From: a virus
Taxonomy: Duplodnaviria; Caudoviricetes
Length of the DNA stretch: 56,375 nt
Virus record (IMG/VR): IMGVR_UViG_3300045922_001059
Span: 1 to 56,375 of that record
Direction: 5' to 3' (one strand)
Positions 48,283 to 55,847 of the stretch are shown in pieces. Under the pieces are notes generated by a model, which made no database searches, was not told the origin of the DNA, and saw nothing but the letters and a program-made list of their open reading frames with translations. The first letter of the stretch is position 1, and the number at the start of each line of letters is the position of its first letter. The translations under genes and the position numbers were made by a program.

Positions 48283-48451
48283 CGCCTCCCCCCGCACAGG
48301 GGCTCATGACTCCTGCTCCGGGCACTTCACCCGCACCGGCTCCCGCCAGCGCCGCGCGATCTGGTGCTGGCGGACAACCTCCTCCAGGACCTGATCCTCG
48401 CTACACTCCTCCGGAAACCACTTCAGCCACGGGACCGCGTCATAGCGCACT

Positions 48452-48649
48452 TCACCGTGTGACATCTGTTCCTCCTAGACGCCGAAATGTCATCGCGTAC
48501 TCGCCGACCTTCTCGCGAATACACGACTCGCACATCCATCTCCATGTGTACGACCCCCCGCCAGGGCGGGTCCCCTCCCGCAACACCTGCAGCACAGCAG
48601 GCCGCCCGCACACCCTCCACCGCCCTTTCACCCACCGCTCGCACGTCAT
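48452..48649 (-). CDS. Small zinc-finger-like protein
   Basis: C...CGRPA...CESC. Confidence 0.5.
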   Translation of the reverse strand: MTCERWVKGRWRVCGRPAVLQVLREGTRPGGGSYTWRWMCESCIREKVGEYAMTFRRLGGTDVTR

Positions 48650-48930
48650 GTCCGCCGCACCCGGCGCACCGCCCGCTCGACCATCCGCTTGAGCCGCTTG
48701 ACGCGCGCCACCAGCGTCCGGGACCGGCGTCGGCGGCGCAGTTCTCGCGCGCGTAACGCCGGGCTCACGGACGCCAAAAGACTCCCCGGGCCGCCACGGG
48801 ACTTGCGCAGGTTCTCGAAAAACTGCACCTGCCGCTCCCGCCGCAGGATGGCCGCCCGACTCCGCGTGCGCCCCAACACCCGGCCGGACGACGCGCGTAA
48901 CACATACTCACGCCCTTCCCGTTCGATCAT
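48646..48930 (-). CDS. Small basic phage protein
   Basis: MIEREG.EYVL...GRVLG...RRERQVQFF; ATGA overlaps on both sides. Confidence 0.6.
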   Translation of the reverse strand: MIEREGREYVLRASSGRVLGRTRSRAAILRRERQVQFFENLRKSRGGPGSLLASVSPALRARELRRRRRSRTLVARVKRLKRMVERAVRRVRRT

Positions 48931-49808
48931 CGCCGTCTCCGCTCCGGCCGGCGCCAGGCGCGGGCCGCGTCACGCCACTGCTTGAGCGTGACTCCCCCGA
49001 GGCCGCCGAGATACGTGGCATAGGCCGCACCCAGCAGGCCGGCCGCCGGCACAAGCTTTACCGCCGGCATGCCGGCGTGCCGCAGGATCCGCAGGCCGCG
49101 GCCCGACGCCAACGCTTCCTCCGCCAGCACAGGCGCCGCCAGCACAGTCGGGAGCGCCGCGCCCGCGACCATCAGGCCCCGCCGGAGACCCGTCCGCTCC
49201 TGCCGCCGCCCGAGGCGCTGCAGCCCCTCGGACGCCAGGAGGCCGGCCGGGATAACACCCGCCATCGTCTCATAGGGGACGGCGATGAGCCGGCGGCGCA
49301 GCGCCTCAAATCGCCCAGGGCCGGCCGCGGTCGCGTGGCCGAGTTCGTGCGCGAAGAGCGCGGGGCTCGCCCGCTCGGGCACCACCACCAACGACCGCCG
49401 CATCTGCGGCCAGACGCGCCGGCCCCGCGGCCAGACACGGCGCAGCGCGCGGCCGACCAGCGCCCCCAGGGTATGGGCATTGGTCAGCGGGACCCGCGCG
49501 ACCCCCCCGCCCCGCGCCAGGAGCAGGTTCGCGGTCTCGTACTGCGTCCGCCGGACCCCGCGGTAGAGGCGCCCGGCGGTGCGGTGCATGTGGGCCAGGG
49601 TCTCGGGCCGGATCCGGGGGCCGAGCGTGACCCGCCCCAGGACCGTCGCCAGGCCCGCGAGGCCCGCCAGGCCGAGCGCGCGCTGGGCCCGCTCCGCCTT
49701 CGACAGCCCCGGGCGGAACGGCGAGAGTCGTCCCCAGAGCCCTGCCGCGCGGCGCCGGAGCGACGCCATCACCGCCTTGCGCTGCCGCTCGGACCGAAAC
49801 TGCGCCAT
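48927..49808 (-). CDS. QRKAVMASL-leader membrane zinc-metallopeptidase-like protein
   Basis: MAQFRSERQRKAVMASL; AHELGHA plus distal EEALAS; hydrophobic helices. Confidence 0.7.
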   Translation of the reverse strand: MAQFRSERQRKAVMASLRRRAAGLWGRLSPFRPGLSKAERAQRALGLAGLAGLATVLGRVTLGPRIRPETLAHMHRTAGRLYRGVRRTQYETANLLLARGGGVARVPLTNAHTLGALVGRALRRVWPRGRRVWPQMRRSLVVVPERASPALFAHELGHATAAGPGRFEALRRRLIAVPYETMAGVIPAGLLASEGLQRLGRRQERTGLRRGLMVAGAALPTVLAAPVLAEEALASGRGLRILRHAGMPAVKLVPAAGLLGAAYATYLGGLGGVTLKQWRDAARAWRRPERRRR

Positions 49809-50434
49809 CAGGCCTCCACGGTGAGGTCATAAAAGAAGGCCGGCCCGTCCTCCGTGTGCCACTTCGCCATCCCCTCGCAGGCCCAGTTGCGGGTGTTCGT
49901 CCGGTAGTCCGGCCGCTCCCCCTCGGCGTAGGGCCGGGTGATGAAACTCGGCTCGTACCACAGGATCCGGTTGTTCGGCTGGAGGGCGAAGTTGCCGTTA
50001 TCAAGCCGGATCAGCACCCCGGTCTTATGGCCCCCTTCCCCCGCGTCCTCCGCGTAGGCGCTCTTCGCCCAGTCGAATGTCATCAGGTACTCGCCGGCAT
50101 ACCAGCGCCGGTCCTTCAAGATCGTCCGGCAGCGCAGGCCACGCAGGTACGCGAACTCGTGTACCGCGATGTCGTAACTGAAACAGTCCCAGAGCTCGAG
50201 CACGTCGAGCGGCTGCGCCGGGGCGTCCGGCTTCCAGCATAGGGCGTGGAGCGGGATGCGGTCGACCTGCGCGCCGCGGTCCGTCATGACGTGGAACGTC
50301 AAGGCCCGCGACTGCAGACTGGTAACCCCAAACACTGCGACCGGGGTCACCTCCCCGTGGTGCGCCTCCCCGTTGTACAGGAACTCGCTCCGCAGGAAGC
50401 AGTACCAGTGCGGGACCGAAGCAAGGAGAAACAT
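49808..50434 (-). CDS. Phage hypothetical protein (globular, aromatic-rich)
   Basis: 208 aa of normal composition; LDNGNFALQPNNR; coupled to next gene. Confidence 0.7.
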   Translation of the reverse strand: MFLLASVPHWYCFLRSEFLYNGEAHHGEVTPVAVFGVTSLQSRALTFHVMTDRGAQVDRIPLHALCWKPDAPAQPLDVLELWDCFSYDIAVHEFAYLRGLRCRTILKDRRWYAGEYLMTFDWAKSAYAEDAGEGGHKTGVLIRLDNGNFALQPNNRILWYEPSFITRPYAEGERPDYRTNTRNWACEGMAKWHTEDGPAFFYDLTVEA

Positions 50435-50441
50435 CGCCCCC

Positions 50442-50669
50442 TCACGACCGCCGCCACGACCGCCGCCGCGCGACCGCCTGCGCCCACCGCGGTGAGACGC
50501 CTGACCGAATACCCTGGTTGGTGGTGAACAGGGTCTGGCGGCGTTGCGTGATCGTCGGCCTCACCGCCGCCCACCCCTGACTCCTGATGTCCGACACGAA
50601 CTGCCGCACCGCAGCCCGGCGGTTGGCGCGGATCTGCCCGCGCGCCGCCCGAAACGCTGCCCAGTCCAT
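50442..50669 (-). CDS. Small basic protein (tandem paralog)
   Basis: ARGQIRANR...RPTI...TNQGIR..VSP.WA shared with 50727..51017. Confidence 0.6.
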   Translation of the reverse strand: MDWAAFRAARGQIRANRRAAVRQFVSDIRSQGWAAVRPTITQRRQTLFTTNQGIRSGVSPRWAQAVARRRSWRRS

Positions 50670-50726
50670 CCTGCTCTCCTCTGATGCGCTCGCGGCGCAC
50701 GCTGACGGGAAGAAGCTCCCGCCCGA

Positions 50727-51017
50727 TCACCCGTACCGGGACCGCACGGTTTGCCGCGCCCCCCTGGCCCACTGTGGCGACACGGATCTCCGGATCCCCT
50801 GGTTCGTCTGGAACGTGCTGATCCGCGCTTGATTGATCGTCGGCCGCAGATTACTAAAACCGCTTGTCTGGAGCGCGGTCCTGGTCTGCTCCCGGGCAAT
50901 GGCCCGGTTCGCCTGGATCTGCCCGCGGGCTACCCGGACCTGCCCGGCGGTGGTCCTGACTCTCGAGACTCTCGGCCCCATATGCCTCGTCCCTGTCGCG
51001 CTCGCGGCGCGGGTCAC
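50727..51017 (-). CDS. Small basic protein (tandem paralog; alternative start ATG 50981)
   Basis: ARGQIQANR...RPTI...TNQGIR..VSP.WA. Confidence 0.6.
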   Translation of the reverse strand: MTRAASATGTRHMGPRVSRVRTTAGQVRVARGQIQANRAIAREQTRTALQTSGFSNLRPTINQARISTFQTNQGIRRSVSPQWARGARQTVRSRYG

Positions 51018-51039
51018 TCCTTGTTGTACCTAGTTGTAC

Positions 51040-51243
51040 CTAAGACGCCCGGCGCCGTCCAGCGGCCGACAGGCGCGCGAATCGCGTCGCCCCGAACTTC
51101 TTCCGCCCAATCCAGGCCGCCAGCGCCCCCGGATTGCGCGCCCCTTTCGCCGCTAACGCCCGCCTCAGCGCCGTAAACCGCTTCCCGGACCCCACCGGCG
51201 GCTTCTTCCGCCCGCGCCGGCGGACTGCCCCTCGCCTGGTCAT
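51040..51243 (-). CDS. Small basic phage protein
   Basis: GSGKRF..L...L..KG.RNP.ALAAWIGRKKFG motif. Confidence 0.6.
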   Translation of the reverse strand: MTRRGAVRRRGRKKPPVGSGKRFTALRRALAAKGARNPGALAAWIGRKKFGATRFARLSAAGRRRAS

Positions 51244-51347
51244 CGCCCCAACATCCTCTTTCAGCTCCTCGAGACGGACGGGAGTCTTCATCATCCGCTT
51301 GCTCCAGTTAGCACCGGTCTCAATTTTCTCGGGGTTGTAGCTAGCAT

Positions 51348-51893
51348 TCAGTTAGCACCCTCCCGGATAGGGATGACATAGGTACGGCCATGACGGCGGA
51401 CGGTCCGGAAGACGACACCGGCATCGCGGGCGACCCGGGCGACGGGGGAGGCGGGGGCGATGAGGGCGGCGGCCGGGGGACGCCCGACCAGCGGGGAGCC
51501 GACGGACTGGGCGCGGCGGGCCAGGCGGCGGATCTGAGCCTGGAGAGCGGCGCGCTGGTCCGGGGGCAGTGCCGCGAGGGCGGCGCGCTGACGGGCAAGG
51601 TGGTTCGCGAGCAGGGCCTGCTGGCGCGCGGTGCTCCGGCGCACCATGCGCCGGCGTTCTGCCGGGCTAGCGGCGAGATAGCGGGCGCGGTACTGCAAGA
51701 GGCCCTGGAGGGTAGCCAGGGCGTGCACCGTCTCCCGGTCAACTGTGCGGGTGGTCCCGTCGGTAAACTGGAGCACGCGGCGGGCGCCGCGGTCGCGGTA
51801 CACGCCGGCGATGGTCTTGCCGCGGTAGGGCGTCCCCGCGAGGAGCGCGGACGCGGACGAGCGCTGGAGCAGACGGCGACGGGTCGTCGGCAT
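51348..51893 (-). CDS. Arg-rich hypothetical protein
   Basis: Start reassigned to ATG 51893; ends VVFRTVRRHGRTYVIPIR. Confidence 0.55.
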   Translation of the reverse strand: MPTTRRRLLQRSSASALLAGTPYRGKTIAGVYRDRGARRVLQFTDGTTRTVDRETVHALATLQGLLQYRARYLAASPAERRRMVRRSTARQQALLANHLARQRAALAALPPDQRAALQAQIRRLARRAQSVGSPLVGRPPAAALIAPASPVARVARDAGVVFRTVRRHGRTYVIPIREGAN

Positions 51894-51898
51894 GGTCG

Positions 51899-52102
51899 CT
51901 ACCGGCGGCGGAGGCCGCGGGGCTGGAACACCCCTGTGCTGGTCAGCGGCGCCGGGGCCTCTTTCTGCGTCTTCAGCACCGGCGTGGCGCGTTTTGTCAC
52001 CGGCCGGCGCCCCTTCGGCGGGTGCGGGGCAGGAGTCGGCGCGCCCCCACGCCCGTAGAGATACGCCGGGTAGGAGACCCCCTGGATCCCGCCGACCGGC
52101 AT
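51899..52102 (-). CDS. Small Pro/basic hypothetical protein
   Basis: ATG 52102; first ORF after the terminator-like hairpin. Confidence 0.4.
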   Translation of the reverse strand: MPVGGIQGVSYPAYLYGRGGAPTPAPHPPKGRRPVTKRATPVLKTQKEAPAPLTSTGVFQPRGLRRR

Positions 52103-52194
52103 GACCGTCGGTCGGACCTGAGGAGGACGGCGGACAGCAGCGCTCCGGCGCGGTCCCACCGGTTACCCCCCGGCCCGCGGCGGCCTTTGGGCAC

Positions 52195-52251
52195 AAAAAA
52201 AAGCCACAGGCCTCCGCCGGCACCACGGACGGTGCTCGGGGAGGCCTGTGG
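52195..52251 (-). terminator. Long hairpin followed by T8 (intrinsic terminator or attenuator)
   Basis: CCACAGGCCTCC / GGAGGCCTGTGG 12-bp stem with an inner stem, then TTTTTTTT on the minus strand. Confidence 0.75.
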
Positions 52252-52274
52252 GGTACACCTGGGTCATCGCGCCC

Positions 52275-52700
52275 TCACGGCGCCACGGACTGCACGGACA
52301 CGAACAGGTCCGGCAGTCCGACCGGCGCGAGCTTGACAGCATGGACGTGGGCCCCGGACTGGAAGCGGTACGGCTGGTCGGCCGCGATGGTCTCTACGGT
52401 CGCGACCGGGCCGGCGCCGGCGGGGCCGTAGTGGGACACCTGGCGGCAGCGAAAACACTTAATCTCCCACCAGGTGCCCTCGCCGGGGTATCCCACCTGC
52501 AGCTTGCGATTACAGAGGCGGTCGCCGCGCCAGTGCGGGCAGCGGTATTCATATACGACGTAAGGGGCGTTGTCCGGCCGGCCATAATGATAGACCATCG
52601 CGCAGCGGTTGCACTTGGTCTCCCACCATGACCCTGGCCCCATAAACCCCACCCCGTGCTTCGCCCCGCAGACGGGGCACCGCAGCTCATACGCCACCAC
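52275..52700 (-). CDS. Tandem Com-like zinc-ribbon regulator
   Basis: Two units: YELRCPVC...WWETKCNRC..HYG and YEYRCP..CNRKL...WWEIKCFRC..HYG. Confidence 0.65.
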   Translation of the reverse strand: MVAYELRCPVCGAKHGVGFMGPGSWWETKCNRCAMVYHYGRPDNAPYVVYEYRCPHWRGDRLCNRKLQVGYPGEGTWWEIKCFRCRQVSHYGPAGAGPVATVETIAADQPYRFQSGAHVHAVKLAPVGLPDLFVSVQSVAP

Positions 52701-52720
52701 GGCCGGCGATCATACGCACC

Positions 52721-52963
52721 TCACTGAGTGTCGGTTGTTCGGATCGTGTGCAGCAGAGTATACAGCGCTTGTTGCACCCGATCCAGGGCGGCGAGCGCCA
52801 GTTGGTGCTGGCGGACGGCGTCCTGGCAGCGGGCGATCAGCGTGAGCACGTCCCCCTCGGTCGGCGGGGTCGCGTACGACACGCCGGCTGCACTCGAGTG
52901 CAGCTGCTGGAGGAGGACCTGGAGTTCCGTGTAGACGCGGGCGAGGGTCGCGTTGGGGTTCAT
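52721..52963 (-). CDS. Hypothetical helical protein
   Basis: 80 aa; ATGA overlap. Confidence 0.5.
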   Translation of the reverse strand: MNPNATLARVYTELQVLLQQLHSSAAGVSYATPPTEGDVLTLIARCQDAVRQHQLALAALDRVQQALYTLLHTIRTTDTQ

Positions 52964-53247
52964 GGCCGCCCCCCGGGGTGGGAGAGAATTCGCCGGAGTG
53001 TGAGGGCTGCCCGTTCGTCGGGGGAGAGTAACGCCTGGGAGATCCGCTGCCAGCGGTCCGGGTGTTGGCGCACGTACGCGGCCTCCGTGAGGGTCTGGCA
53101 GGCGAGCAGCATGTGCATACAGTCACGCAGCAGGGCCTCGTCCAACGGGCCCGTCTGGGCTCGCGCCGGACCCCCGACCTCGGTCAGGAGCGCTTCCGTG
53201 AGCGCGAAGAGGCGATCGAGTCGCCGGCCCAGCGCGGCCGTGGCCAT
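52960..53247 (-). CDS. Hypothetical protein
   Basis: 95 aa; packed operon. Confidence 0.5.
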   Translation of the reverse strand: MATAALGRRLDRLFALTEALLTEVGGPARAQTGPLDEALLRDCMHMLLACQTLTEAAYVRQHPDRWQRISQALLSPDERAALTLRRILSHPGGRP

Positions 53248-53252
53248 CGGGG

Positions 53253-53525
53253 TTATTGCAGCCCGCTCTGCGGCGACTGGAGCCGGTCATGGAGCGCGAG
53301 GACCATCTCTTCCAGCTCCTTGACCTTCGGTTCGAGTTCTTTCTCTGCCGCCCGGATGAGGGCGATGCCGGCTTGGGTGAAGGCGTTGGCTTCAGTGGGG
53401 GAGATTTTCTTGTCCTTCAGCGCCAGGATCACCCAGCGCAGAAAGCGCTTGACGTCCCCCACGGTCTCCAGCTTCCTCCACACCCACACCCCCCGGGGGG
53501 CGCTTTTTTTCTCTTGGTCTGCCAT
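53253..53525 (-). CDS. Small helical phage protein
   Basis: ATG 53525; KLETVGDVKRFL...ISPTEAN...ELEPKVKELEE. Confidence 0.55.
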   Translation of the reverse strand: MADQEKKSAPRGVWVWRKLETVGDVKRFLRWVILALKDKKISPTEANAFTQAGIALIRAAEKELEPKVKELEEMVLALHDRLQSPQSGLQ

Positions 53526-53536
53526 AGGGTTGAGCG

Positions 53537-53596
53537 ACACGGGCAAGGGGGTGCCGGAGGAATCGTACAAGATAACCCTTCGGCATCGGCCCGTGT
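53537..53596 (-). ncRNA. Y-RNA-like RNA, copy 2
   Basis: ACACGGGCCGA...CTTGCCCGTGT terminal stem with bulged C; upper stem TGCCG/CGGCA; loop beginning TTATC; downstream of Ro60. Confidence 0.75.
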
Positions 53597-53644
53597 GCCA
53601 TTACATTTACCACATCGCGGCGCCCGATCAACTGTGGGGGGAGA

Positions 53645-53712
53645 GACGACACGGACAAGGGGGTGCCGGAGGAATCGTACAAGATAACCCTTCGGCATCG
53701 GCCCGTGTCGTC
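53645..53712 (-). ncRNA. Y-RNA-like RNA, copy 1
   Basis: GACGACACGGGCCGA...CTTGTCCGTGTCGTC; same structure; begins a few nt after the Ro60 stop codon. Confidence 0.8.
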
Positions 53713-53715
53713 CCC

Positions 53716-53745
53716 AGTTTACCACAGCGCGAAGTCGGAGATCAA
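53716..53745 (-). promoter_or_regulatory. Predicted sigma-70 promoter for Y-like RNA copy 1, embedded in the Ro60 3' end
   Basis: TTGATC-N18-TAAACT with extended TG; related TTGATC-N16-TAAATG at 53604-53631 before copy 2. Confidence 0.55.
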
Positions 53746-55365
53746 CTGCGGCGAGGCCGTATCGAACCCGACCACGTCAAGCATGCCGGGGTCGGCGGGG
53801 TCGGCGATCGAAAAGGCGTTGGCGACCATGCCGACGACGACGAGCTTGGCCGGGATGCCCGTGGCCTGCCGGTACGCCCGGAGCGCCTGCGCGGGGTGGA
53901 TGGACCCGTACCAGGTCTCGGAGTCGGTGTACACAACAACGGTGTCCACCTTTACCCCGGCCGCGAGGGCCCAACGCATGGGCAGGGCGCAGTCCGTCCC
54001 CCCCATCGGGATCCGGGAGAGGGCGTCGACCACGTCGTCGAGCCGCTGCCGCGGGGAGAGCGACACGGGGACCATCTCGTGAGAAAAGGCAGTGATGGTG
54101 CACTGCCGCTCGACACGGGCCGTCACCATCGCCATCGCGGCACTGGCGACGCGCGGTGTCAACCCCAGCACGCCCGCAACCGATCCTCTCCCCATCGACC
54201 CCGAGACGTCGAGTGCGAGCAGCCAGCGTGTCCCCGTGGGGAAGACATTGCCGAACGAGAGGTAGAACGCCTGATCGAGGGCGTCCACGACGTCAGCCGC
54301 CGGCTCCCAGGAGAGCTGGCCGCGGGCGGCGCGTCCCCGACGGTACGTCACGAGCGCACCTAGCACCGCGATCGGGTGGATCCGCGCCGCCCGCAGGTGC
54401 GTCCCGTCCGCCAGCCGCTCCGCGACCACGCGCGCCGCCGCGCTTCCGGGCACAAGGAGCCCGTTCGCCGTCATGCGCGCCAGGTTACGGAGGAGCGCTG
54501 TCAGCGGCAGTTGGGGCAGCAGCGCCTCCCAGACCTTCGCCTTGCCGAGGAAGCGGGACGGGATCATCTCCCACGACAGCTGGGGCGTCGCGGCAATGTG
54601 GCGCACGACCTCCCTGACAGTCGCGGCCTGCTGCACCGCCTCGAATGCGGCGACCAGCGCGGGCAACTGCTCCCGCGGGACGGCGTCGTAGGCCTGCTCC
54701 GCCCCCGTCTGCCTCTTGACCACCCGCGCCCCCATCTCCCCTCCTGCCGCGACCCACCGGTACAGCGCGTGATGCGCAGGCGTAGACGGGCGCGGGTGCG
54801 CGAGCCGCAGGACATCACGGTGCGACCAGCCGTTTCGCTGGCGGTATTTCACCAGCTGATACGCCAACTGCACGGCCGGCTGTGCCCCATACCACGCCCC
54901 AACCGCCCGCCGGAGCCCCCGGCCCCACCCCCGAAATCCCTGCACATACTCCACAAATGTGAAGAGGTGCGTGCCGGTGCGTGCGACCTGGGGGAGTGCG
55001 GCGAGGGCGGCCTGTTTGGTTTCCGCGGGGCCGAGGCTGGCGGCCATGGCGAGCGCGAACAGGGCTGGGTCATTTTTGGGGGCGCGGGCGGCAGTGCTGA
55101 TCTCGACGACCCGCTGCACGGCCCGCACGCCGTCGGCGACGAGGCAGCGTCGCACCGCTTCGGCGTTCTCGATCGTGAGTGCCTGTTCGGACGCGTAATA
55201 ACTGCCGCCTTCAGTCCCGAGGATCAGGAAGCGGTCGAGCCGGGTCCAGTCGTCCACGGCCCAGGCGTAGCCGCCCTCCGAGTTCGCCACCTGTCCCGTC
55301 CCCGGGATCGGGCGCGACTGCGGGGTGACGCGGGTCTGGAAGTGTTGCGTGTAATGGATACCCAT
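53719..55365 (-). CDS. rsr: Ro60 (TROVE + vWA) RNA-binding protein
   Basis: Start at ATG 55365. NSEGGY, RLDRFLILGTEGGSYY, RTGTHLF, RGWGRGLRR, KYRQRNGWSHRD, LDVSGSM, GGTDC, YTDSETW, DVVGFD. Confidence 0.95.
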   Translation of the reverse strand: MGIHYTQHFQTRVTPQSRPIPGTGQVANSEGGYAWAVDDWTRLDRFLILGTEGGSYYASEQALTIENAEAVRRCLVADGVRAVQRVVEISTAARAPKNDPALFALAMAASLGPAETKQAALAALPQVARTGTHLFTFVEYVQGFRGWGRGLRRAVGAWYGAQPAVQLAYQLVKYRQRNGWSHRDVLRLAHPRPSTPAHHALYRWVAAGGEMGARVVKRQTGAEQAYDAVPREQLPALVAAFEAVQQAATVREVVRHIAATPQLSWEMIPSRFLGKAKVWEALLPQLPLTALLRNLARMTANGLLVPGSAAARVVAERLADGTHLRAARIHPIAVLGALVTYRRGRAARGQLSWEPAADVVDALDQAFYLSFGNVFPTGTRWLLALDVSGSMGRGSVAGVLGLTPRVASAAMAMVTARVERQCTITAFSHEMVPVSLSPRQRLDDVVDALSRIPMGGTDCALPMRWALAAGVKVDTVVVYTDSETWYGSIHPAQALRAYRQATGIPAKLVVVGMVANAFSIADPADPGMLDVVGFDTASPQLISDFALW

Positions 55366-55385
55366 AGAACCCCCTGAATGGGCAA

Positions 55386-55832
55386 TTTGCCGTTTTTTCT
55401 CATCACAAAGGCACTGCCCTTCGTGCCAAGGTTGAGTTTCGCCCCCGGCAGAGCCAAGGCCCGATTCAGTGCACGATGCCCACGAGCGGGAATATACAGC
55501 TTGTCCTTCGTGCCCTTGAGCAAAATCCAATAGTCAAAGCCTCTGGCCTGCTTGGGAAGCTGTACGTCGGCGCTATCAATCAGTTCGGCTTTCAGGTTGC
55601 CAGGCGTATGTCCGGCTTTGGTAATGCGGCGATAGTCGATGTAGGCTCGGCGATAGGCACGCCCGATGAACTCCCCCATACCTTTGGTACTGGGGCATCG
55701 CCCCTGCTCCAGCAACACGGATGTGCAAGCCGTGTGATGACGCTGAAACAGGGACGCCAACAAGGCAAGCGTGTCTGCCTTACAACGAGAGGGAAAGAGC
55801 TTCAGTTTGTAACTGAGGTTCACGGCTTGCAC
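55386..55832 (-). pseudogene. tnpB: Truncated tnpB-like gene (N-terminal part only, no RuvC)
   Basis: SYKLKLFPS..K..L start; FDYWI...KLYIP...RKNGK, then runs out of frame into Ro60; lower GC than flanks. Confidence 0.6.
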
Positions 55833-55838
55833 ACAACC

Positions 55839-55847
55839 AGTATACCA
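55839..55847 (-). promoter_or_regulatory. Extended -10 promoter, probably giving a leaderless tnpB transcript
   Basis: TGGTATACT ending 6 nt before GTG 55832. Confidence 0.5.

Noticed and set aside
40190-49808. QRKAVMAKL copies as DNA operator or recombination repeats
   Set aside because: Variation is concentrated at synonymous positions, including both Ser codon families, and copies are in frame at gene starts.
38501-53525. Terminase small subunit assignment
   Set aside because: No ORF has a motif I can confidently assign; 38501..38941 and 53253..53525 are only positional or compositional candidates.
53535-53712. Mini CRISPR array or TnpB omega-RNA repeat
   Set aside because: Only two ~60-nt units, no cas genes, and the intervening DNA is a degenerate copy of the Ro60 3' end. 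The fold matches a Y-RNA Ro-binding helix instead.
55366-55530. N-terminal extension of Ro60 in the ORF track
   Set aside because: It mostly overlaps the tnpB remnant; recognisable Ro60 sequence begins after ATG 55365.
55224-55832. Functional TnpB/Cas12-like nuclease
   Set aside because: No RuvC motifs or zinc finger; the tail of the ORF is out-of-frame Ro60 sequence.
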